Source: Kagunavirus BCH953P1. Taken from it: 44,622 nt of DNA. Shown here in pieces: positions 36,094-43,747 of this stretch. The translations under genes and the position numbers were made by a program. Each line of letters begins with the position of its first letter. Within the stretch, counting starts at the first letter, position 1. Where the stretch lies: the sequence record OZ035754.1; one strand, written 5' to 3'. The notes beneath the pieces are model-generated. The model saw only the letters and a list, made by a program, of their open reading frames with translations, had not been told where the DNA came from and did no database searches.

Positions 36094-36182
36094 ACATAAT
36101 CGCACCTATTGACATTATGAAAATCTTCGTTTAAGGTGCTTCTATATCTTAGTTACTTTGATTCCTGTTCACCTTGTAAGAA

Positions 36183-36216
36183 TGTTTAACCCGTGCGTCA
36201 AGCAAAGGGTTAAACA
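36183..36216. promoter_or_regulatory. inverted repeat tgtttaaccc / gggttaaaca (10-bp arms, 14-nt spacer) in the early control region
   Basis: Seen directly. Confidence 0.4.
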
Positions 36217-36370
36217 CAGGCTTACTGAACACGAGAATTATCATAACTTTCCTTCCTTAGTATCTCCGGTTGCCCTGGGCAAGCTATATTCTCATCAACG
36301 GCATATCTCTTAAGTATCTGATTTTCTTAATGTGCCGTAGATTCGCAACCGTAAAAATGTAACCCTTACC

Positions 36371-36394
36371 GGGCGGGCTTAAGGCCCGCCCTTT
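36371..36394 (+). terminator. GC-rich hairpin gggcgggc-ttaag-gcccgccc followed by TTT
   Basis: Seen directly, in intergenic region upstream of P6. Confidence 0.4.
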
Positions 36395-36464
36395 AGTTAC
36401 AAAGTAATAAGAATAAAGGCACGACCCTGCCTGAAGAATCACAACGGCAACGTAACTATTCTCT

Positions 36465-36493
36465 TGCACACCCCAACATAATAGGATACTATT
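36465..36493 (+). promoter_or_regulatory. sigma70-type promoter P6 (TTGCAC-N17-TACTAT), B-family
   Basis: TTGCACACCCCAACATAATAGGATACTAT; near-identical to P1/P2; 25 nt upstream of the first plus-strand early gene. Confidence 0.6.
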
Positions 36494-36517
36494 CACTTAT
36501 CGTAACGAGACAGAGGA

Positions 36518-36712
36518 GTGAGGGTTATGTTTAAGAAGGGTCAGTTGGTGAAGATTTTGGAGACCGGAGAGTTAGCGGTTATCTCATTTATGCACCACAG
36601 AGAATATGAGGTCTATTTTGCTAAATCTTTAACGGAGTCCTATCTCACCGTGCTATACGCGCAAGATATGAAACTCATCGGCAACAATTTTAAATTCAAA
36701 GGGGCGAAGTGA
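36518..36712 (+). CDS. hypothetical early protein (64 aa)
   Basis: Track ORF; SD GGAGTGAGGG. Confidence 0.5.
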   Translation: MRVMFKKGQLVKILETGELAVISFMHHREYEVYFAKSLTESYLTVLYAQDMKLIGNNFKFKGAK

Positions 36713-36912
36713 TGGAAGAATTATTTGAGGAACTGAAACATCATGAGTTCGAGGAGATATATTTTGTAGCTGGACGCTACGAGGCGCATTTAGTGGACGG
36801 GATTACACTTATTACGGTGGATAGCCTGCAAATGTTAAATAGCTTACGTGCGCTACGAACGGCATCGAATCATGATGCTCGTGCCGACGACTCTGAGGGA
36901 GGTTGCCGTTGA
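36712..36912 (+). CDS. hypothetical early protein (66 aa)
   Basis: Track ORF 36709..36912, start set at ATG overlapping upstream stop. Confidence 0.45.
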   Translation: MEELFEELKHHEFEEIYFVAGRYEAHLVDGITLITVDSLQMLNSLRALRTASNHDARADDSEGGCR

Positions 36913-37169
36913 TGAATAATACTGAACTGAAAACAGTAGCGGAATATAACCGTAAAATACGGGTCATGCGTCGTGGTGCGGGGCTGGAGCAGTTCTATAA
37001 CATGTGGCGCATTGCGACGCGCGACCCTGAGTTTCTTCAGACAGGTTATTATTCCATTAAAGGCATTATCCCGATTCGTGCACGTAAGGATTATGGTTGG
37101 GTTCGTGAGACCCCTAATCTTTTGTGGTGCTGGTATTGTGGTGAATTCTGGGTAAGGGTTAAGGACTGA
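36912..37169 (+). CDS. hypothetical early protein (85 aa)
   Basis: Track ORF 36903..37169, start set at ATG in TGATG overlap. Confidence 0.45.
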   Translation: MNNTELKTVAEYNRKIRVMRRGAGLEQFYNMWRIATRDPEFLQTGYYSIKGIIPIRARKDYGWVRETPNLLWCWYCGEFWVRVKD

Positions 37170-37240
37170 GTTATGAATAATTACCCGTTTATTTTAATCG
37201 TCAGCGTCGTTTATGTGGCGCACGTGTTGTGGGGTTTGGT

Positions 37241-37441
37241 ATGAGCAAGTGGATTAAGTGTAGTGAGCGGATGCCGCGCTGCGAGCCGGGTAGGTGGTCA
37301 AAAGATGTTATTGCACTAAGTGATACTGGGGAGGTGTTTCGTCTGGCCTGTCAAGGTGAATACTGGCAAAGAACGTCAGCGTTCGTTGAATCAGGTTCAG
37401 AAAAAGTGGTTGCATGGATGCCGTTCCCTGATGAGGACTAA
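37241..37441 (+). CDS. DUF551-like protein (copy 1)
   Basis: MSKWIKCSERMP...W..WMPFP pattern typical of the DUF551 phage family; paralog at 37592..37777. Confidence 0.55.
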   Translation: MSKWIKCSERMPRCEPGRWSKDVIALSDTGEVFRLACQGEYWQRTSAFVESGSEKVVAWMPFPDED

Positions 37442-37444
37442 GTT

Positions 37445-37588
37445 ATGAGAGAAGCATTTGAACGGTGGGCCGTCATCGAGGGTCTGCCGGTCAACAAGGG
37501 TTCAAAGAAAGAGTACCTGAACGTTAAGACCCGTCTCGCGTGGCGGGCGTGGAGAGCTGGTGTGCAAGCGGTTATGGACCGGGGGTGA
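37445..37588 (+). CDS. hypothetical small protein (47 aa)
   Basis: Read from sequence, fills the gap between the two DUF551 genes. Confidence 0.3.
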   Translation: MREAFERWAVIEGLPVNKGSKKEYLNVKTRLAWRAWRAGVQAVMDRG

Positions 37589-37591
37589 GAT

Positions 37592-37777
37592 ATGGGCGAG
37601 TGGATTATGTGTAGTGAACGGATGCCGGAGCCTTATGAATACGTTCTTGTAACTGATTGTTTTGTTGGCTGTGAGGTTATGCGTGTTAATTCAGATGGCT
37701 ACTGGGGGCCCGCAAAGAGTTTATATCACGGTGATATCACCCACTGGATGCCATTACCGGAGCCGCCAGAAGCGTGA
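37592..37777 (+). CDS. DUF551-like protein (copy 2)
   Basis: EWIMCSERMPEPYEYVLV...HWMPLPEPP. Confidence 0.55.
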   Translation: MGEWIMCSERMPEPYEYVLVTDCFVGCEVMRVNSDGYWGPAKSLYHGDITHWMPLPEPPEA

Positions 37778-37818
37778 TGTTATATTGTAACAATAGCTTG
37801 GGATTTTACTGAGTGACT

Positions 37819-37840
37819 TACGCTGCTGTGCAGCAGCGTA
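37819..37840. repeat. near-perfect palindrome TACGCTGCTG-tg-CAGCAGCGTA
   Basis: 10-bp perfect arms seen directly in a 227-bp intergenic region. Confidence 0.6.
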
Positions 37841-37944
37841 CAACTTTAACTTAGTGTCGTCAAAAGGTGACACTTTTCACCAAACGCAACAATCGAGGCG
37901 ACTATTGCAGGAGATGCAACAATACAAACACCAATAAAATTTAC

Positions 37945-37973
37945 TTGCACACTGAGATAGAATAGGCTACTGT
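37945..37973 (+). promoter_or_regulatory. sigma70-type promoter P7 (TTGCAC-N17-TACTGT), B-family
   Basis: TTGCACACTGAGATAGAATAGGCTACTGT followed by TCATTTACAC as in the other B-family copies. Confidence 0.5.
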
Positions 37974-38004
37974 TCATTTACACAAACGAGAGGAGAGATA
38001 GAAG

Positions 38005-38154
38005 ATGGTTACTTTGATGGTTATGGAGTTTGAAAACAGCGTAGCAACTTACCGTGAGATGACTATGGTGCAGGCGTATCACCTGGCATCAAACGGCAAC
38101 TTCTACAAGGCTCAAATCATCAACGAGTTCGGGGTAATTGACTATGAATTTTAA
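38005..38154 (+). CDS. hypothetical small protein (49 aa)
   Basis: Read from sequence; SD GAGGAGAG. Confidence 0.35.
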   Translation: MVTLMVMEFENSVATYREMTMVQAYHLASNGNFYKAQIINEFGVIDYEF

Positions 38155-38416
38155 CAGCTACACCGTTACCGTTGATTTTGAGGGGCTGGAGTTGCCCCTC
38201 CCCAACAACTACCGATATGTCACGCGCGACCGTAACGGGTTTATCCAGGGGTGGAGGAACAAACCGACAGATACTGAGTTCGGGATGTCGGGCGGCGAAG
38301 AGTTGCCGATCACTTTCGGGCATCAGAGTAGCAACGAAGAGCTTAAAACTGTGATTCGTAAGTATCGCCGCCGCGGTAACACTGGGCTTATAGCAATAAC
38401 AGGTGCTGTTGAATAG
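38144..38416 (+). CDS. hypothetical protein (90 aa)
   Basis: Track ORF 38138..38416; start at ATG 38144. Confidence 0.5.
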   Translation: MNFNSYTVTVDFEGLELPLPNNYRYVTRDRNGFIQGWRNKPTDTEFGMSGGEELPITFGHQSSNEELKTVIRKYRRRGNTGLIAITGAVE

Positions 38417-38434
38417 ACGAGAGGAGAGACAGAG

Positions 38435-38653
38435 ATGTTCCTGGAATGTAAATCCTATGATGGATATTGGGCGCTGACTAAAAATGACTTATACCACCTA
38501 AAAGAGGACGGCGACGAGAGCCGCTGCTACGTAATAGACGACAACGGCACTGAACTTGATGTCTATTACACCGGTTATGGCCGATGGGCGCTATCCGCTG
38601 ACGATGACTTTGTGTTCGAAGAATATAACGGAGAGGAATCAGAAGATGAGTAA
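38435..38653 (+). CDS. hypothetical small acidic protein (72 aa)
   Basis: Track ORF; SD GAGGAGAG; acidic C-terminus EESEDE. Confidence 0.5.
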   Translation: MFLECKSYDGYWALTKNDLYHLKEDGDESRCYVIDDNGTELDVYYTGYGRWALSADDDFVFEEYNGEESEDE

Positions 38654-39155
38654 CAAAAACGAAGTATTCGAGTACCTGATTGACCAGTTACGACAGCAGG
38701 TAACTAACAACCCGCACAAGCAACAGTGCGAAGACCTGGCGCATGAGGTGCAGTCGCTTAAGAATCAGTTACGTGATGCGTCGGCGCTGGTGGCTGAGTT
38801 GCAGGAAACAATAAAACTAATGAATGAGGACTTCGACAGTGTAACCAACCGCGGCGGCCCACTGCCTAAAGGGAAGAGCTACGTAGTAGGCGAACACGGA
38901 CCAGAGCAATCCGGTTGCCGTAAGGAAGATACTCAGGAATGCGAGCACTCTTGGATTATTATGCCTGGGTTGTTTCTCAGCGAAGGCAATACGAACAACG
39001 TTCCTGGTAGTGAGCTTTGCTCTAAATGTGGTAAACGTGAGTGGGACGACAAGGAATATAAACCGAAAAACGATACACAGGAGTGCGAGCATGAATGGGA
39101 ATATTATTACCCCGACGGTAGGCGTTGTACCAAATGCGGGGTGATAAACTTATGA
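38646..39155 (+). CDS. coiled-coil protein with two C-terminal zinc-ribbon-like repeats (QECEH-x-W ... C-x-KCG)
   Basis: Track ORF 38556..39155, start at internal ATG; repeats QECEHSW...CSKCGK and QECEHEW...CTKCG. Confidence 0.5.
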   Translation: MSNKNEVFEYLIDQLRQQVTNNPHKQQCEDLAHEVQSLKNQLRDASALVAELQETIKLMNEDFDSVTNRGGPLPKGKSYVVGEHGPEQSGCRKEDTQECEHSWIIMPGLFLSEGNTNNVPGSELCSKCGKREWDDKEYKPKNDTQECEHEWEYYYPDGRRCTKCGVINL

Positions 39156-39355
39156 CCAGCATCTTATTTATCTGGGTACTGTCAGCAGGCCAGATGCAAC
39201 TAGCGGCATCAGAAACGTTTTACTCGATGGAGGCGTGCCGGTCAGCGGCACGCGCCGCAGAGAACGCGCACTTCCTGTTTCAGGGCGACAAGCCAAACGA
39301 TTCAGAGGTACGCGCTATCTGCTCACCTAAGCGACTTGGTAAACAGGAGAAGTGA
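39152..39355 (+). CDS. hypothetical small protein with N-terminal signal-peptide-like segment
   Basis: ATGA overlap; MTSILFIWVLSAGQMQLAAS hydrophobic N-terminus. Confidence 0.4.
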   Translation: MTSILFIWVLSAGQMQLAASETFYSMEACRSAARAAENAHFLFQGDKPNDSEVRAICSPKRLGKQEK

Positions 39356-39357
39356 TT

Positions 39358-39537
39358 ATGGTGCAGAGGTACTTATTACAAGGCGGTTTAATCGGGCCGC
39401 ACGATGCGGGTGATTGGGTTGGCTACGAAGATTACGCGGAGCTGGAGCGCAAACTGCGTAACTTCGCCGACCAGGTATTGTACGCACCCTGTTCGAAAGT
39501 TACCGAAGAAATGGCCCGCGAGATTCTCGGAATATGA
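39358..39537 (+). CDS. hypothetical protein (59 aa)
   Basis: Track ORF 39352..39537. Confidence 0.45.
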   Translation: MVQRYLLQGGLIGPHDAGDWVGYEDYAELERKLRNFADQVLYAPCSKVTEEMAREILGI

Positions 39538-39827
39538 GCCTCGCAACTGACATCCTGAAACGAAGCGGCCTTGCGCCGCTGTCACCGAGAGCTAAAACAC
39601 AGATATACAAGCGCCGGGGTAATGCGCTGTTCCCTGAGATTCAGGCCCGACGCAAGGCTATCCGCGCCTGTGGATTCCAGAACGGGAAGGCCGTGAATCT
39701 CGGTGAGTTCAAAACACAGGAACGCGCAGCAATCGCTAATCGGTTATTTAATTACTGGAAATCGCTGGGGTACGATGATATTCCAACGAAACCGCAGAGA
39801 CGACAATACATCTGGAGACATAAATGA
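39534..39827 (+). CDS. hypothetical basic protein (97 aa)
   Basis: Track ORF, ATGA overlap. Confidence 0.5.
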   Translation: MSLATDILKRSGLAPLSPRAKTQIYKRRGNALFPEIQARRKAIRACGFQNGKAVNLGEFKTQERAAIANRLFNYWKSLGYDDIPTKPQRRQYIWRHK

Positions 39828-40264
39828 CTACAATCGCGTTTGACGGAAAGACAATGGCCTGCGACACCCGTGTTGTGTGCGGAAGTAACTGCTACAACAC
39901 TGACACAAAGATATACGAGAATGATTTTGCTGTTATTGGGGTGGCTGGTGATGCTGGAGTAGGGGCTATGCTTATCGATTGCTCTGGTATTCTTCTGGCA
40001 AAGCACTATGACTTCGATTTCGAAGCTCTGGTGTTCGTGAAAGACACAGAAAAGGTGTACAAAGTTGCGTTTTATAAATCATGGGATTGCGCACTAAGTT
40101 CGGTTATCCCTGTTGCCGATGTGCGCGCTGCCGTAGGGTCCGGCGCCCCTTATGCACTGGCGGCTATGTATTTGGGTGAAACCGCAACACGTGCGATTAC
40201 TGTAGCCGCGCAATTCGACACTAACACTGGGGGCAAGGTTATTACCAAACAACTATTAAGATAA
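39824..40264 (+). CDS. HslV / proteasome beta-subunit-like Ntn-hydrolase fold protein (truncated relative to bacterial HslV)
   Basis: N-terminus MTTIAF (Thr after initiator Met), segment KIYENDFAVIGVAGDAGVG and GSGAPYALAAMYL resemble HslV conserved blocks (recalled from E. coli HslV, not searched). Confidence 0.5.
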   Translation: MTTIAFDGKTMACDTRVVCGSNCYNTDTKIYENDFAVIGVAGDAGVGAMLIDCSGILLAKHYDFDFEALVFVKDTEKVYKVAFYKSWDCALSSVIPVADVRAAVGSGAPYALAAMYLGETATRAITVAAQFDTNTGGKVITKQLLR

Positions 40265-40278
40265 TTCCTACCCGTGCT

Positions 40279-40318
40279 ATCCTCCAGTTACTGCATACTT
40301 AATACGCACCTGGAGGAT
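40279..40318 (+). promoter_or_regulatory. stem-loop atcctccag ... ctggaggat (9-bp stem, 22-nt loop) whose 3' arm forms the GGAGGA ribosome-binding site of the holin gene
   Basis: Seen directly; could occlude the RBS. Confidence 0.4.
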
Positions 40319-40323
40319 TCATC

Positions 40324-40632
40324 TTGGATAAATTTACTGAAACAGTGACAGGCTGGCTTCTCGCTGCCGCGCTAGCCGGAGGGGTAATCGGACTACGACA
40401 ACATAAGTCCGTTATTTCTGGCCCTATCGACGGATTCTGCTTTATCGCAATGGGCTTCACTTGCGCCGTATTTGGAGCACCTCTCGCAGCTCAATGGTTC
40501 GGTATCACGGGCGACCGTGAAATCGCGGGCCTGGGCTTCATTATCGCCGTTCTCTGGATGCCTATCTATTCCCGTCTCTCCGGTATCGTCGCCGGAGAAT
40601 ACATCGCACGTCGAGGAGGCCCAGATGAATGA
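40324..40632 (+). CDS. putative holin (membrane protein, TTG start)
   Basis: 102 aa with about three hydrophobic segments; GGAGGA 6 nt upstream of TTG; immediately upstream of endolysin. Confidence 0.5.
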   Translation: MDKFTETVTGWLLAAALAGGVIGLRQHKSVISGPIDGFCFIAMGFTCAVFGAPLAAQWFGITGDREIAGLGFIIAVLWMPIYSRLSGIVAGEYIARRGGPDE

Positions 40633-40897
40633 GTTATTCTGGTTCGGTGGTATGCTGGCAATCGGAGGCACATCGCTGTTTAATGTGTACCATCCGAGTA
40701 TTGACGACGGGCTATTTGGCCGGGTGCTCTATATCCTGACTGCTATCGTCTGCGCTGCCGGATGTATCCACCTGTTACAGGGCAGCATGTCGCCAACGCT
40801 GCCTGAGACATTAATCACATTAGTTGCGCTGCGCCAGATTCGCCAGGCGTGGCTGGCATACGGAGGACATAAGCGTGTCTCGAAACATTTCAGATAA
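40625..40897 (+). CDS. second small membrane protein of the lysis cassette (holin/antiholin-like)
   Basis: 90 aa, two hydrophobic segments; start at internal ATG of track ORF 40472..40897. Confidence 0.45.
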   Translation: MNELFWFGGMLAIGGTSLFNVYHPSIDDGLFGRVLYILTAIVCAAGCIHLLQGSMSPTLPETLITLVALRQIRQAWLAYGGHKRVSKHFR

Positions 40898-41363
40898 TGG
40901 ATTGCATTTCACCGCCGCGTTTGAGGGGTTCCGCGGAACTGCGTACCGCGCTACGCCGAACGAGAAGTACCTGACCATAGGCTACGGTCACTACGGACCG
41001 GACGTAACACCTGGCAAGACCATCACGCCAGGTCAGGGCCTCCTGTTACTGAATCGCGATATGGCTAAGGCCGTAGCTGCGGTTGATGCGGCGGCGCACC
41101 ATTCACTGACGCAGGCGCAGTTTGATGCTGTGTGCGACCTGGTCTATAACGCGGGTGCTGGTGTGATTGCCGCTACTACCGGCACGGGCAAGGCGCTGCG
41201 TTCTGGAGATGTTACGACACTGCGGGCCAAGCTGGCGCTGTTCATCAACCAGAACGGCAAACCGTTACTCGGCCTGCGTCGCCGTACCGCCGGTCGTCTG
41301 GCTCTGTTCGACGGCAAACCATGGCAAGAGGCAGAGGCTATCGGGCGCGCGGTGAAAGGTTGA
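40875..41363 (+). CDS. endolysin, T4/lambda-type lysozyme (glycoside hydrolase family 24)
   Basis: Catalytic-region motif FEGFRGTAY...TIGYGH; GTG start with GGAGGA 7 nt upstream (track ORF starts 40824). Confidence 0.75.
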   Translation: MSRNISDNGLHFTAAFEGFRGTAYRATPNEKYLTIGYGHYGPDVTPGKTITPGQGLLLLNRDMAKAVAAVDAAAHHSLTQAQFDAVCDLVYNAGAGVIAATTGTGKALRSGDVTTLRAKLALFINQNGKPLLGLRRRTAGRLALFDGKPWQEAEAIGRAVKG

Positions 41364-41427
41364 CACCTGAGACTAATCCGACGATACTTAAATCACCTCC
41401 TGCTCCATCCCTCTACTCTCCAGTTTT

Positions 41428-41460
41428 ATCCCGGCCCTGACCCAGCCGGGATTTTTTTTT
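41428..41460 (+). terminator. rho-independent terminator (atcccggc-loop-gccgggat then T9)
   Basis: GC stem followed by nine T, seen directly after the endolysin gene. Confidence 0.75.
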
Positions 41461-41482
41461 ATCTATTTTCTGCAATGACTAG

Positions 41483-41511
41483 TTGACTATTACTCTCACA
41501 CCAATTATATT
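41483..41511 (+). promoter_or_regulatory. sigma70 promoter P8 (TTGACT-N17-TATATT)
   Basis: Strong consensus match, directly after the terminator and about 35 nt upstream of 41545. Confidence 0.55.
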
Positions 41512-41544
41512 TACTCCATCGACAACGAGAACGGAGTAGAGAAG

Positions 41545-41793
41545 ATGAGTAACGTATCGACGATAGAAATAACCGAGGAACTTGAAGCTAAATGCATCGC
41601 ATGGACTATGGATAACGACCCGGTTGCTATGCGTAAATTTCCAATGAAAATCACGGATACCGAGGCATTCAAAGACGCACAACTGATGGCACGTATCGCC
41701 GTTAGTAACCTGAGCAACAGCATTCCGGCAGATGCGTTCTGGTTCGCCGCGATGCAGACACTGAAAGCAGCTTATGCAGGAGAGAAGAAATGA
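41545..41793 (+). CDS. hypothetical protein (82 aa)
   Basis: Track ORF; SD GGAGTAGAGAAG. Confidence 0.5.
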   Translation: MSNVSTIEITEELEAKCIAWTMDNDPVAMRKFPMKITDTEAFKDAQLMARIAVSNLSNSIPADAFWFAAMQTLKAAYAGEKK

Positions 41794-41954
41794 TTAAGTT
41801 AGCTACTGATTTAGTCCCTGGCGATGTTCTATTCATAGATAACCGCGACGGCGGGTATTTTGTGGAGGTTAAACGCGTATTCGAGGACTCGGGTATTTTA
41901 GTTGTTAACGGTGACATTGTATTCCTGACTACCGATTATGTTGAGGTTAAGTGA
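41790..41954 (+). CDS. hypothetical small protein (54 aa), paralog of 42109..42279
   Basis: Read from sequence; ATGA overlap; shares L..D...GD...ID...GGY.VEVKR...D......V.......T.DYVEV pattern with the paralog. Confidence 0.4.
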   Translation: MIKLATDLVPGDVLFIDNRDGGYFVEVKRVFEDSGILVVNGDIVFLTTDYVEVK

Positions 41955-42112
41955 TGAGCGAACAAGGCCCGGCAAGCCGACCATTACGCGTAGGCCGTAA
42001 AGTTAGTCACACCCCGTTCCCGACACGCGAGGAACTGATGAAACGCAACAGTTTCCCGGGGCCGGACAAGAACAAGTATCTCAATCGCATGTGGGGAGAG
42101 CGTAAAGTATGA
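41954..42112 (+). CDS. hypothetical small protein (52 aa)
   Basis: Read from sequence; overlaps both neighbours. Confidence 0.3.
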   Translation: MSEQGPASRPLRVGRKVSHTPFPTREELMKRNSFPGPDKNKYLNRMWGERKV

Positions 42113-42279
42113 AAAAGTTAATTGCAGATGTTGAGCTGGGCGATGTTATCCGTATCGATGACGGCTACGGCGGCTACGATGTAGAGGTGAAGCGAATCGA
42201 TTGGGATTCTATGCTGCCGTTTGTCACTATTAATCGTGAAATCATGTTCGCCAAAACTGATTTAGTAGAGGTTCGATAA
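42109..42279 (+). CDS. hypothetical small protein (56 aa), paralog of 41790..41954
   Basis: Read from sequence. Confidence 0.4.
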   Translation: MKKLIADVELGDVIRIDDGYGGYDVEVKRIDWDSMLPFVTINREIMFAKTDLVEVR

Positions 42280-42503
42280 TGACTAACAACGAATACGAGA
42301 AACTTAGCGTCGAATCCGCGACTGGTGAATCTGAAATAGCGTGGATTGACGTCCACATCGAACACCACTTACGGCAGGTAGATAATCTTATGGAACGCCG
42401 CCGTGAACTGATTAACCGCTTCAACCTGAACAAGGGGTTCGCTATTTCTGATGATTTCGATGGAGATTACCGAAATGGCGATTTTTATGAGGGGGCTGAA
42501 TAA
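42279..42503 (+). CDS. hypothetical protein (74 aa)
   Basis: Track ORF. Confidence 0.5.
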   Translation: MTNNEYEKLSVESATGESEIAWIDVHIEHHLRQVDNLMERRRELINRFNLNKGFAISDDFDGDYRNGDFYEGAE

Positions 42504-42742
42504 TGCCTAAAATCACAATCGCATCGCTCGAGCGCCGTGTTCTGGTGCTTGAGTCGGAGAAACAGACGTTAGGCGGGCAACTGTCAATCAACGGTGAGTT
42601 TCAACTGGAGGCGTTTAAGTTGTTGCTTGATAAGTTGAAAGAGGGTGAAAAGCCTTGCGAGCATGATTACTATCTACATGTGGTTGGTGGGTTACATCGC
42701 GCCACGTGCATTAAGTGCGGTGAAGCGTATGGAGTTGCCTAA
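42503..42742 (+). CDS. hypothetical protein with zinc-ribbon-like motif (PCEH ... CIKCG)
   Basis: Track ORF; motif resembles the repeats in 38646..39155. Confidence 0.5.
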   Translation: MPKITIASLERRVLVLESEKQTLGGQLSINGEFQLEAFKLLLDKLKEGEKPCEHDYYLHVVGGLHRATCIKCGEAYGVA

Positions 42743-42911
42743 ACCAGTAGTTATCGATGGCGTACTGTGGAAACCCTACTCGGTTAACCACATCGACGCA
42801 GACGGGAAGAAGTTTAGCTTCTACATTTTTGCAATTAGCCGGGAGCACGCCGCCTGCGTGGTAGACGATATACGAGAAACGGCGTGGCTTGGTGATGAGA
42901 TAGTGGGGTAA
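42729..42911 (+). CDS. hypothetical protein (60 aa)
   Basis: Internal ATG of track ORF 42645..42911. Confidence 0.4.
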   Translation: MELPKPVVIDGVLWKPYSVNHIDADGKKFSFYIFAISREHAACVVDDIRETAWLGDEIVG

Positions 42912-42913
42912 TT

Positions 42914-43144
42914 ATGTTTCACGAACTGAAGATATTACCTGAGCATTTTGAGCCTGTTATGGCAGGAATCAAGCTGGCGGAACTTCGATTAAACGACCGC
43001 GACTTCAAGGAAGATGACACTCTGTGTCTGCGAGAATACGAAAACGGTGAATACACAGGCCGTATCGTTTACCGCCGCATCATTCATGTTGCGGACGTAG
43101 GGGTTTACCTACCCGGGTACGTGCTATTAAGTATGGAGGATTGA
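42914..43144 (+). CDS. ASCH-like (DUF3850-type) small protein
   Basis: 76 aa; ELKILPEHFEPVMAGIK..ELRLNDRDF..DDTLCLREY pattern typical of DUF3850. Confidence 0.5.
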   Translation: MFHELKILPEHFEPVMAGIKLAELRLNDRDFKEDDTLCLREYENGEYTGRIVYRRIIHVADVGVYLPGYVLLSMED

Positions 43145-43146
43145 TT

Positions 43147-43317
43147 ATGTTCAGCGACATCAACGCAGCAATCGAAGAGGCAATCTGGCGTCGTTACAAC
43201 GGCGAGCAACAGCGGCACTTCTGCCTGGTGCAACGCGGTAACATGATTGCCGTAGTGCAGGACCGCGATAACAAATATCCGAATGCGATGTGGACAACGA
43301 GGAATTTCTTAGAATGA
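43147..43317 (+). CDS. hypothetical small protein (56 aa)
   Basis: Read from sequence. Confidence 0.35.
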   Translation: MFSDINAAIEEAIWRRYNGEQQRHFCLVQRGNMIAVVQDRDNKYPNAMWTTRNFLE

Positions 43318-43550
43318 TTACCAGCATTCCGAACCTGATTAAAGAATTCGGCACGATGGCGGAGACATGCCGACAAACCGGCATCAACGAAATGACGATT
43401 GCGAAGTACAGCAAAGACGTGAACTGCGAGCGCCACGTAATTTATAACAACCGTCTGATGACGCACGTTAAAACAAGCCCGGTGTTATTCACGCGCCGGG
43501 GTATCACTAAAACTGAGCAACGCATCGCTAAAGAGGAGAGCGGAGAATGA
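43314..43550 (+). CDS. hypothetical protein with possible HTH (78 aa)
   Basis: Internal ATG of track ORF 43290..43550; ATGA overlap. Confidence 0.4.
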   Translation: MITSIPNLIKEFGTMAETCRQTGINEMTIAKYSKDVNCERHVIYNNRLMTHVKTSPVLFTRRGITKTEQRIAKEESGE

Positions 43551-43747
43551 GCGAAAAACTATTGTTACTTATGCTGCATACGCTTATTGATGACAACGGA
43601 CAGGTGGTATTCCAGTTTACCGGGCGAGATGACCTCCTAATCGACGTCTACGGTGGGACATTTGCTATTGGCGACGAGTTTGTAGAAAGAGGGGCTGCAT
43701 TCCAGTATCTAAGCGACAATTACGACGTGCTGGAAGATATTTGCTGA
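43547..43747 (+). CDS. hypothetical protein (66 aa)
   Basis: Track ORF, ATGA overlap. Confidence 0.5.
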   Translation: MSEKLLLLMLHTLIDDNGQVVFQFTGRDDLLIDVYGGTFAIGDEFVERGAAFQYLSDNYDVLEDIC

